From Burkholderiales bacterium (GTDB taxonomy: Bacteria > Pseudomonadota > Gammaproteobacteria > Burkholderiales > SG8-41), in assembly GCA_040081205.1 (NCBI GenBank), contig JBEBHE010000001.1:1-46041 (forward strand): a DNA stretch of 46,041 bases, read 5' to 3'. The notes beneath the pieces were generated by a model that saw only the letters and a list, made by a program, of their open reading frames with translations, was not told where the DNA came from and ran no database searches. Shown in pieces: positions 1 through 8,405 of this stretch. The number at the start of each line of letters is the position of its first letter. Positions within the stretch are counted from its first letter, which is position 1. The translations under genes were made by a program, and so were the position numbers.

Positions 1-1469
1 GTTGCCAGATCGATCTTGGGCTGGTAATAGAGTTCAAATTCGTTTTGCTCCAAGGCTCGGCGCAACAGACGTTCGAGCACAAGGCGCTCAAAAGAACTCT
101 GGTTCATTTTTGCGGAATAGAACTGGTAGTTATTCTTACCCTGCTCCTTGGCACGGTACATCGCGCTATCCGCGTTCTTTAGCACGGTCTGCGCGTTCTG
201 ACCGTCTCCCGGAAATGCGCTAATACCAATGCTGGCGGTCAGATGATAGTCATTTCCCAGAAGCTGGATCGGCTCGGCAATCGCACTCAACAAACGCTGC
301 GCGGTCTGGGCAGCATCCGTCGGCATCACACAATCACGCATCATGACTACAAATTCATCGCCGCCAAACCGGGCAATCGTCGAACGCCGCGGCAAAACAT
401 CGGTGACACGCTTTGCCATCTGCCGCAACAAAGCGTCCCCCGAATCATGACTGAGTGTATCGTTGATGAGTTTAAATCGATCCAGATCAATGAATAGCAA
501 TGCCACCTGTTTACCTGAAAAACCCGCTTCCGACAGCGCCTGTTCAAGTAACTGCGTGAACAAGACCCTATTCGGCAATCCCGTCAGTGCATCGTAGTTT
601 GCAAGCTGGCGGATGCGTTCTTCTGCTCGTTTGCGCTCGGTTGTATCTCTCATGATGCCGGCAAACTTGACACGTCCGTCCATGCGCATAACGCCCAATG
701 TCAGCTCAATCGGGAACGAGGTTCCATCGCGGCGCAGCGCTTTGAGGTCGCGCCCGACACCGGTGATTTCGCTTCTGCCGGTAAGGTCACCGTCAGACAG
801 CGCGCGAATTTGCGTCACTTGCTGACCTGCGGCGCCTACCAGACAATCAATATTACTGCCGATCAGATCCGCCGCCTTCCAGTCGAACATCTTCTCGGCT
901 GCCGCATTGACGAAATCGATGACGCCGTCCTCGTCTATCACAACAATGCCGTCAGCCGCAGTATCGACAATCGACTTCAGCAGCGCCTCGCTGCATCGTA
1001 GATTATCTTCTGCAACACGGCGTGCGCGACGTACTGCGACATCCGTCAATTCACGGCGTACCGCCGGCACCAGGCGGCCAAGATTGTGTTTCATTACGTA
1101 GTCGTGCGCGCCAGAACGCATCGCCCGCACGGCAGTTTCCTCTCCTACCTCCCCTGATACCAGAAGAAATGGAATATCGGGTGCACGCCCGGTCACGATG
1201 GCAAGCGCCTGCAATCCGTCAAATTGGGGCATCGAGTAATCCGAGATAATCACATCCCAGTGCCGGCTCCCAAGTTGTTCTATCACGCCTTCGCGGGTGC
1301 AAACCCGCTCCCAAAGGACATCGTAGCCGCCCGACCTTAGCGTCTCTACCACCAGCAGCACGTCGAATTCGCAATCGTCGATACACAACACTTGTAGTGT
1401 CCGGCGTTCGGCACCCGACACCCCGCAGGGGTCATGCGGCAATGACGTGTATAAGCTTTGTGCGTGCAT
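1..1469 (-). CDS. REC-PAS-GGDEF-EAL c-di-GMP turnover protein; C-terminus runs off the left edge (absent from the ORF track because no stop lies in the window)
   Basis: Hand reverse-complement translation from ATG (comp. 1467-1469) stays open to position 3: MHAQSLYTSLPHD...LQVLCIDDCEFD...VIISDYSMPQFDGLQALAIV (receiver), SIVDTAADGIVVIDEDGVIDFVNAAAEKMF...RRDGTSFPIELTL (PAS), ALLFIDLDRFKLINDTLSHDSGDALL...RFGGDEFVVMM...ADSAMYRAKEQGKNNY (GGDEF), then EFELYYQPKIDLA = opening of an EAL domain. The position 5 residues before GGDEF reads RRST, so there is no RxxD I-site. Confidence 0.85.
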   Translation of the reverse strand, partial: MHAQSLYTSLPHDPCGVSGAERRTLQVLCIDDCEFDVLLVVETLRSGGYDVLWERVCTREGVIEQLGSRHWDVIISDYSMPQFDGLQALAIVTGRAPDIPFLLVSGEVGEETAVRAMRSGAHDYVMKHNLGRLVPAVRRELTDVAVRRARRVAEDNLRCSEALLKSIVDTAADGIVVIDEDGVIDFVNAAAEKMFDWKAADLIGSNIDCLVGAAGQQVTQIRALSDGDLTGRSEITGVGRDLKALRRDGTSFPIELTLGVMRMDGRVKFAGIMRDTTERKRAEERIRQLANYDALTGLPNRVLFTQLLEQALSEAGFSGKQVALLFIDLDRFKLINDTLSHDSGDALLRQMAKRVTDVLPRRSTIARFGGDEFVVMMRDCVMPTDAAQTAQRLLSAIAEPIQLLGNDYHLTASIGISAFPGDGQNAQTVLKNADSAMYRAKEQGKNNYQFYSAKMNQSSFERLVLERLLRRALEQNEFELYYQPKIDLA

Positions 1470-1695
1470 GAAGTTCAAATCGCTTGCGTTATGAATGCGT
1501 TGTGCATATCCCCACACATCTATGGCATCAACAGGTTTGCAGCGACCGCCGCAAGACCGCCTAGCGTCAACATGCTATTTTGCATCACGAATGTACCTGT
1601 GGGGCTGTTTTACCGTTAACGGCAAACCGACGGAAAAGCTGAGCACCGCGCGTGGCACGAACGGCCGGCACCGCCATTTTGGGTCGCATCCAGCA

Positions 1696-2469
1696 CTACG
1701 TTTGAACCGGCAGTTCAACAAAAAAGCGTGCGCCTTGCCCCGCGACCGCATCCGCCCACACGCGGCCGCCATGCCGTCCAACGATACGTGCGACGATCGC
1801 CAGTCCTGTTCCAGCGCCTTCATATTCATGCTCGGTATGCAACCGCTGAAACAGCCGGAACAGCTTGTCGGTGTATGCCATATCGAATCCAGCACCGTTA
1901 TCCCGAACACATAGCACGACATTCTCGCCGTCCTCTTCCGCGGTAATCTCGATGCGGGGCAATGGACACTGACGGGAAAACTTTACCGCATTGCTCATAA
2001 GCTGATGCATCGCGCGGCGCAGCAATACCCGATCTGCCCAGACTGTCGGCAAGTCACTTACCAGCCAGTCGATGCGGCGCTCACCGATAACGTTCGCCAG
2101 ATCGCCGATAACCGCCTGAATTACCGTATTCAGCGCTACCGGATTCCGCTTCAATTCGCCGCCGGTATCGCGCGAGAACGCCAGAAGCTCACGAATCATC
2201 TCTGCCATGCTGCCGGACGCGGTCGAAATTTTATCAAGGAAACGGCGACTTTCCTCGTCAAGCTGCGCCTCGGCACGTTTCCGGAACATGGTCATGAATC
2301 CGTCGATGTGTCGCAGGGGCGCACGCAGATCATGCGACACCACGTAAATCAATGCGTCAAGATCCCGACTCGCCGCTTCGAGCATACGCGATTGCTGTGC
2401 GAATTTTTTTTCGATCACTTTTCCAGCATTCGCACCCGTCTTTTCAGGGGATTGTTCATTACTGGACAT
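1696..2469 (-). CDS. Small soluble histidine kinase (HisKA + HATPase_c only; no sensor domain or TM segment)
   Basis: ORF track, 257 aa. H-box VSHDLRAPLRHIDGF, N-box LMSNAVKFS, G-boxes RDNGAGF and GAGTGLAIV. Only about 45 residues precede the phospho-acceptor His. Confidence 0.9.
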   Translation of the reverse strand: MSSNEQSPEKTGANAGKVIEKKFAQQSRMLEAASRDLDALIYVVSHDLRAPLRHIDGFMTMFRKRAEAQLDEESRRFLDKISTASGSMAEMIRELLAFSRDTGGELKRNPVALNTVIQAVIGDLANVIGERRIDWLVSDLPTVWADRVLLRRAMHQLMSNAVKFSRQCPLPRIEITAEEDGENVVLCVRDNGAGFDMAYTDKLFRLFQRLHTEHEYEGAGTGLAIVARIVGRHGGRVWADAVAGQGARFFVELPVQT

Positions 2470-2618
2470 AGTTTGTTTTGCGCCGTCGCACGGTAAGTAA
2501 AATACAAATTGCTGATAGGGTATGAAAAGACATGAAAATCCGGTCTGCCTGAACTGAGCGTCTGGCTGCGCAGCAGAATGCAGTGATCGGCATCGCCGCC
2601 AAATAACAGCGTTTTACG

Positions 2619-3632
2619 CTAGACACATGCTTCTGAATGCGCGGTGATTTGTCCTGCGCTTCGAAAGCCCCGGCGATGGAGGCGCGTCGTTTTCGCGCGT
2701 TCTATAGTCTCGCTAAACTGCTTGAGCAAATCGCGCGGATTACGGTCGCTGACAGCGTAGAGGCGAATATCGATTTTTCCTGAAATAGAAATCTGCTTTC
2801 CTTGAACCAGGAAGACCTGGCGCAAACTATTGGTAATTCTCTCGATCACGGTGCGAATGGCACTCTGATTTTCGACATCATGAATGATCGCCACGAATTC
2901 GTCGTCCTCAAGTTGCGCCGCTACGTCACTGCGGCGCAAACACTGGTTAATGCGATCTTCTACACCCGACAGTAAATCATCGGTTATGTCATAGCCATAT
3001 ACATCAACGATATCGTCAAACTCGTTGAGATCGAGGAACAGCAAGGTTGTACGATTGTCGGCGCCCTCGCCCGGTGAAAGCGCTTGCTGTAACCGGCTCA
3101 AAAAAACGCCGTCAACAGCCGATCTCCCGCAACTTTCCAAACTCGTTGCAGTGTGCGGTATGACACGGCCCCATTCCCGGGCGCCGGATGCGGCACTCAT
3201 CCCGCCAGCCATTTCACGTATCAGAAGCAACTTCCCTCCAATCTCGTCACTGGGCATGTCAACGCATACGATCTCAACCGGAAACGTGCTGCCGTCCACG
3301 CGCCGCGCAAACACGCCTTGCGAATTCGCATCACAAAACATCGACGCTGAAGCAGCCGTAGCGACAGCCGATGACGGTCGGGTTTCCTCGGGAAGGGAAA
3401 CCAGCCGGTCGATGTGACGTCCTATCAGACACGCCTCCGGCTGATCAAACAACCGCTGCGCATTGACGTCACAAAGTCGTATTACACCGTCCTCCGATAT
3501 CCGGAGAGCGCAAACATTGCTCGCAATGCCGGACGACAGAATACTGACGCGCAGCGCGCCGACCGCACTTCGCGTCGCGCGCGACGGCAAATGCTCATTC
3601 CTCATTTCGGCTGTCAAAGCTGGATTCCGCAT
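2619..3632 (-). CDS. PAS + degenerate GGDEF-domain protein (EDDEF in place of GGDEF, RxxD retained); likely non-catalytic
   Basis: ORF track, 337 aa. PAS-like ISEDGVIRLCDVNAQRLFDQPEACLIGRHI...RRVDGSTFPVEIV. The GGDEF fold is recognisable (LLFLDLNEFDDIVDVYGYDITDDLL...RRSDVAAQLEDDEFVAII...) but GG is replaced by ED and the GHxxGD metal/substrate block reads GYDITD. Confidence 0.8.
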   Translation of the reverse strand: MRNPALTAEMRNEHLPSRATRSAVGALRVSILSSGIASNVCALRISEDGVIRLCDVNAQRLFDQPEACLIGRHIDRLVSLPEETRPSSAVATAASASMFCDANSQGVFARRVDGSTFPVEIVCVDMPSDEIGGKLLLIREMAGGMSAASGAREWGRVIPHTATSLESCGRSAVDGVFLSRLQQALSPGEGADNRTTLLFLDLNEFDDIVDVYGYDITDDLLSGVEDRINQCLRRSDVAAQLEDDEFVAIIHDVENQSAIRTVIERITNSLRQVFLVQGKQISISGKIDIRLYAVSDRNPRDLLKQFSETIERAKTTRLHRRGFRSAGQITAHSEACV

Positions 3633-4020
3633 GGCGTTTCACCCGATAAATGAATGCTGGTGTTGCAAATCTGACTCGCCCCGTTGACTATCACGAGCGC
3701 GTACCGTTCGACTGCCGAACGCATGCTAGCGCACAGCATCATGCAAGATAATCTGGAAAAGCGGCGCTATGTCACCTCAATTGCGAATTGCGCGTTACAT
3801 AACCAGACAGCATTCCCTTTGTGTCTGCGCTGTCCCATAGAATATCGGCATCCATTCCCAAAAACTTGAATGCGGTCAGTTTCGGTGTTTCGGTGACAAA
3901 TGCAGCGAGATTGATTTATCATGCACATGCCAGCGTCAAAATAGCTTAAGAGATTAGCGACCAACCACTAACTCTTTGGCCACCCCGAATGTCCCTCTCG
4001 CTACTGCTTCGTTTGCCCTC

Positions 4021-5544
4021 ATGACACGCCCGCTTCGAATATTACTGATCGAAGATTCGGAAGACGATGCTGAATTGCTGCTTGCAGAAATCACAAGCGG
4101 CGGCTTCGATGTCACTCACACACGTGTTGATTCTGCCAAGGGCACCGTGGATGCGCTCGCAACGGGTCAATGGGACATTGTGATTTCGGACTACACCTTG
4201 CCGCAATTTAACGGATTGGCCGCCATCGAAATCATCCGAATACACGATCCCGACCTGCCTATTATCATTACCTCAGGCAATATCGGCGAAGACATCGCGG
4301 TCGACGCCATGCGTGCAGGTGCGCGCGACTACTTGATGAAAAACAACCTGTCGCGGCTCACGCCGGCTATTGACCGCGAGTTGCGTGAAAGCGGACTGCG
4401 GCGCGATGCGCGCCGGGCTCAAATCCAGCTCGAGGAAAACGAGGCGCGATTTCGCGCCATTGTTTCCAATATTCCTGGTATGGTTTTTCAGCTCCTGGCG
4501 GACGCTAGCGGCAGCCTGAACTTTACCTACGTCAGCGAGGGAAGCAAGCGGTTACTGGATATGGCGCCTGATGAACTGCGAAATGACAGCGCCCGTTTCT
4601 TTGATCAACTACTGGATCGTGAAGCATCCGGCTTACTAAGCCGGATTGTCGAGTCCACGCAAACCTTGCAGTCCTTTAACTGGGAAGGAAGCATCCGCGG
4701 CCGCTCTGACGAGAACGCTAACTGGATCATTGCGCGCATGAGTCCTCATCGCACCGCCAGTGGCCACGTTCAGTGGGACGGAATCCTCCAGGACATTTCC
4801 CGGCGCAAGCGCGTCGAACTGGAACTTCTGCAATCGCAAAAACAACTCTCTGCGCTGTCATCCCACTTGCAAAAAGCCAAGGAATCGGAACGCACGAGCA
4901 TCGCGCGCGAGGTGCATGACGATATCGGCGGCAATCTCACAGCGATCAAGATTGACCTGTTGTGGCTCATCAATCATGGCGGCACCGTTGCACCCGCGGT
5001 ACAGGCAAAGATACATTCACTGGAATTCCTGATTGATCGCACCATGGAGATTACCTCCCGCATCGCACGCGATCTGCGACCGCCGCTGCTGGATCTGGGT
5101 TTACTGGCAGCCGTGGAATGGGAAGCCGCCGAATTCGCCAAACGCATGGAAATTCCCTGCCTGGTGCACTGTGACGACGAAGACATCGCCGTGGATCCCG
5201 AACTCGCCAATGCGCTGTTCAGCGTGTTCCGGGAGGTACTTACCAACGTTTCCAAGCATGCTGGCGCCACCTGCGTCGATGTACATCTGAAAGTTAGCGA
5301 TTCTACCTGCACCTTGACGGTCACCGACAATGGGCGTGGATTCACACAAACGGATCTCCTGAAAGACGATTCTTTTGGCCTGCGCGGCATGCTGGAGCGT
5401 GCGCGTAATCTGGGAGGCGAGATAAAATTCAGCAGCAGTCCGGGCGCAGGAACAACCGTCGTTGCGTGCCTGCCGCTGGATCACACCGCGCCATTGCCAG
5501 ACAATATTGAAAATGCGACAGGATCTCTATGGTTAGAGTTGTAA
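4021..5544 (+). CDS. Histidine kinase with N-terminal receiver: REC-PAS-HisKA_3-HATPase_c (NarX/DegS-type core)
   Basis: ORF track 3976..5544 (TTG start); I prefer ATG 4021 (MTRPLRILLIEDSEDD...). Receiver: ISDYTLPQFNGLAAIEII...TSGNIGEDIAVDAMRAGARDYLMK. PAS: ARFRAIVSNIPGMVFQL. H-box: IAREVHDDIGGNLTAIK. ATPase: LTNVSKHA, TDNGRGF, GLRGMLERARNLGGEI. Confidence 0.88.
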   Translation: MTRPLRILLIEDSEDDAELLLAEITSGGFDVTHTRVDSAKGTVDALATGQWDIVISDYTLPQFNGLAAIEIIRIHDPDLPIIITSGNIGEDIAVDAMRAGARDYLMKNNLSRLTPAIDRELRESGLRRDARRAQIQLEENEARFRAIVSNIPGMVFQLLADASGSLNFTYVSEGSKRLLDMAPDELRNDSARFFDQLLDREASGLLSRIVESTQTLQSFNWEGSIRGRSDENANWIIARMSPHRTASGHVQWDGILQDISRRKRVELELLQSQKQLSALSSHLQKAKESERTSIAREVHDDIGGNLTAIKIDLLWLINHGGTVAPAVQAKIHSLEFLIDRTMEITSRIARDLRPPLLDLGLLAAVEWEAAEFAKRMEIPCLVHCDDEDIAVDPELANALFSVFREVLTNVSKHAGATCVDVHLKVSDSTCTLTVTDNGRGFTQTDLLKDDSFGLRGMLERARNLGGEIKFSSSPGAGTTVVACLPLDHTAPLPDNIENATGSLWLEL

Positions 5545-6161
5545 TCGTCGACGACCACGCCATATTGCGGCGTGGATTAAGTCAAATTATCAGCGAAAGC
5601 GCTGCTCTGGAAATCGTCGGCGAAGCAGAAAACAGCGCACAAGCCCTGCAACTGCTCCGCAAAATACCCTGCGACGTGGTGCTGCTCGACATCTCGTTGC
5701 CTGACCGCAACGGCATCGAAACATTGAAAATCATTCGCAAAGAATTACCCAAACTAAAAGTATTGATGCTCTCCATGCATCCGGAAAACCAGTATGCGCT
5801 GCGCGCGCTGAAGGCCGGTGCATCGGGCTATTTGACCAAGCAAAGCGCGCCCGCGCAGTTGGTCAGCGCTATAGAACAGGTCAGCCGCGGCCGTAAATAC
5901 GTGACGCCGGGCGTGGCGGAAGAGCTCGCAAACTCCATCGGCGACGACAACACAGAGGCGCCGCATCAGAAATTATCGATCCGCGAATACCAGACCCTGT
6001 GTCTTATTGCCTCCGGAAAATCCCTGACGGAAATCGGCCGCCACATGTCCATCAGCGTAAAGACTGTCAGCGTGTACCGCAGCCGCATACTTGAGAAAAT
6101 GCACTTGAAACACAACGCTGAACTCACACACTACGCGATCAAGAACAATATTGTGGAATAG
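5529..6161 (+). CDS. NarL/FixJ-family response regulator (REC + LuxR-type HTH)
   Basis: ORF track, 210 aa. MVRVVIVDDHAILRRGL...VVLLDISLPDRNG...LTKQSAP. C-terminal HTH: LSIREYQTLCLIASGKSLTEIGRHMSISVKTVSVYRSRILEKM. Overlaps the upstream kinase by 16 nt, implying translational coupling. Confidence 0.93.
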   Translation: MVRVVIVDDHAILRRGLSQIISESAALEIVGEAENSAQALQLLRKIPCDVVLLDISLPDRNGIETLKIIRKELPKLKVLMLSMHPENQYALRALKAGASGYLTKQSAPAQLVSAIEQVSRGRKYVTPGVAEELANSIGDDNTEAPHQKLSIREYQTLCLIASGKSLTEIGRHMSISVKTVSVYRSRILEKMHLKHNAELTHYAIKNNIVE

Positions 6162-6327
6162 GCTGCTCCGGATTTTGTTCTGTCACGGCAGGATATGCAT
6201 AACTATTTGTTTTTTATATATTTTATGTAAAGCACGGCACGGGATCATTTCTGCCTGACCCGTGTATTCACGTATTGCAGCAACCTTGGCGCCCCCTCTG
6301 CTTGCGCAGGAATTTGCGACGCCTCAC

Positions 6328-6355
6328 TAAAGTCTTTGCCTGAATCGGCCGATAA
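6328..6355 (+). promoter_or_regulatory. Sigma-28 (FliA)-type promoter candidate upstream of the GGDEF gene
   Basis: TAAAGTCT (6328-6335), 12-nt spacer, GCCGATAA (6348-6355). The -10 matches the enteric consensus TAAAGTTT-N11-GCCGATAA exactly. Same -35 core and spacer length as the fliC promoter in this window. Confidence 0.65.
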
Positions 6356-6402
6356 GATGCTCATCCCAACCACCGTCATCTATCACCGGGCGTTGCATTG
6401 CC

Positions 6403-8286
6403 GTGCAAAATCAAAAAACAAGAACCGAGATGGGATGGGCGCGAAAACCCAGCGACGTTGCGCGGAAAACGCTATTGGAATTGGCGGCTCGCAAGCTCGA
6501 ACCCACGCCGGATAACTACCGGCGGTTGTATGTGGAAATCAACGACGGTCAGGACGATACGTCCGGCATTGGCGCGGAAGCAGCACTGCAAAACATCGCG
6601 GCCCAGGTACCACGCAATGCGCCGGATCTCGTGCGGTTGGGAAATAGCCTGCACGCAGCCACGGAATCGCGTGACTGGCTCAATGTACAGCGCGTTTTGA
6701 TCGAAATCATCCAAAAATCAATATCCGATACGCTGCCAACGGCAGAATGGGCTTCGCTCATTCGCAAGCTGGTAAGGAATGCGAACAACGGCATTTCCGA
6801 TACGCACCGGCTGCCCGCACAGAAATGGACTGCCCTTGAAATCGCACTGAATGCCGGAGATGACCTGCGCAAGCTAAAGCGGCGTCTCGACGTCCTCGCC
6901 GCCGAATGGGAAACCCCGCAGTGTGCTACTGCCACCACCGGCGGTAGCCCCGGCCAAATTGCTAGCGTACAAACAGCGCAAAACAGTACCGACGCAATCG
7001 ATTCACCCCATTCGTCCGACGCAACCTCCCAGCTTTACGAACTGCTCGCGCAAGCCCTGGAAACCGGCATTTCTGCACGGCTGTTTGACGCACCGGCGCT
7101 CGCCACGGAAGCGGGGGAAATCGCGAAGCGTCTACGCGAATCGGATGCCGTCGAACTCGAAGACCTGCACGTGCGCCTGAAATCGCTATGGATCAAAATC
7201 GAAGTACAAGGCAACCGGCAAGATCAGCTGCAGTCGGCATTGCTCGATTTGCTGCACCTGATGATCGACAACGTGGGAGAACTGGTCGCCGACGATCAGT
7301 GGCTGCGCGGGCAAATGAATGTCGTGTTGCAGGCTATCTCCAGACCGCTCAGTATCGATGCGCTTGACCAGGCCAAGCAAAATCTGAAGGACGTCATCTT
7401 CAAGCAAAGCCAGCTCAAGCAGGGTTTGTCCGAGGTCCGAACCACGCTCAAGAAAATGGTCGTTTCTTTCATCGACGAGCTTGGCAATTTATCGGCGACT
7501 ACGGGGGATTATCATGACAGCGTCGAAAACCTATCGCAGAAAATTCGCCAGACCGATGACGTCAACCAGCTCAACTTGCTGCTTGAAGAAGTGTTGCGTG
7601 AAACCCGCGATGTGCAAGCCAGCACGCTGCGATCGCGGCAGGAAGTTCTCGCCGCACGGCAAAAGGTGGACGAGGCCGAGCGAAAAGTCGCCGAGCTTGA
7701 AACCGCGTTGCAGAACGTCAGCGAAAAAGTCCACACGGATTACCTGACGGGAACACTCAACCGGCGTGGGCTCAAAGAAGCCTTCGACCGTGAACTTGCT
7801 ATCTCCGAGCGCGAAAAAACGCCGACCAGCGTCGCGCTGCTTGATATCGATAACTTCAAGGAACTGAACGACAATTTCGGTCATCAAGTAGGCGACGATG
7901 TACTGGCACACCTGGCGACGCTGATCAAGGAAACGGTTCGCCCGGGCGATAGCGTTGCGCGATACGGCGGTGAAGAATTTTTGATCCTGCTGCCCAACGC
8001 CGACATCGAGCAGGCCACGGCAGTACTCACCCGGCTGCAACGCGCGCTAACCAAGCACTTTTTCCTGCACGACAACTGCAAGGTGCTGATCACTTTCAGC
8101 ACCGGCGTTACCCGGCATTTGCCTGGCGAATCGCAGGAATCCGTGATCGCACGCGCGGACGGCGCGCTATATCAAGCCAAACGCAGCGGCAAAAACCGAG
8201 TCGTCGCGGTACAGGCCGACGGTATCGCCTGGCAGCCGGTGATGGCATCCATTGCCATGGCGTCCGGGGCCCGTATTCCCGCTTAG
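6403..8286 (+). CDS. Diguanylate cyclase (GGEEF) with a long helical/coiled-coil N-terminal region
   Basis: ORF track, 627 aa (GTG 6403; alternative ATG 6430). C-terminal GGDEF domain: YLTGTLNRRGL...ALLDIDNFKELNDNFGHQVGDDVL...RPGDSVARYGGEEFLILL...ADGALYQAKRSGKNRV, with RxxD I-site and GGEEF A-site both intact. No TM segment seen. Confidence 0.9.
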   Translation: MQNQKTRTEMGWARKPSDVARKTLLELAARKLEPTPDNYRRLYVEINDGQDDTSGIGAEAALQNIAAQVPRNAPDLVRLGNSLHAATESRDWLNVQRVLIEIIQKSISDTLPTAEWASLIRKLVRNANNGISDTHRLPAQKWTALEIALNAGDDLRKLKRRLDVLAAEWETPQCATATTGGSPGQIASVQTAQNSTDAIDSPHSSDATSQLYELLAQALETGISARLFDAPALATEAGEIAKRLRESDAVELEDLHVRLKSLWIKIEVQGNRQDQLQSALLDLLHLMIDNVGELVADDQWLRGQMNVVLQAISRPLSIDALDQAKQNLKDVIFKQSQLKQGLSEVRTTLKKMVVSFIDELGNLSATTGDYHDSVENLSQKIRQTDDVNQLNLLLEEVLRETRDVQASTLRSRQEVLAARQKVDEAERKVAELETALQNVSEKVHTDYLTGTLNRRGLKEAFDRELAISEREKTPTSVALLDIDNFKELNDNFGHQVGDDVLAHLATLIKETVRPGDSVARYGGEEFLILLPNADIEQATAVLTRLQRALTKHFFLHDNCKVLITFSTGVTRHLPGESQESVIARADGALYQAKRSGKNRVVAVQADGIAWQPVMASIAMASGARIPA

Positions 8287-8405
8287 TGCCCCGCAACGCG
8301 CCTGCTAACGCATGAATTGCGTTCCTGTTTCCCGTCTAATCATGGCATAGCGCTCACGCCATATTGTTACCGTTATGGTCCGGCAATTTTGAAAAGAGCC
8401 TATCG

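Noticed and set aside
1653-1668. TGGCAC...GCCGG resembling a sigma-54 -24 element
   Set aside because: There is no TTGC -12 element at the correct spacing, and it is on the plus strand while both flanking genes are on the minus strand.
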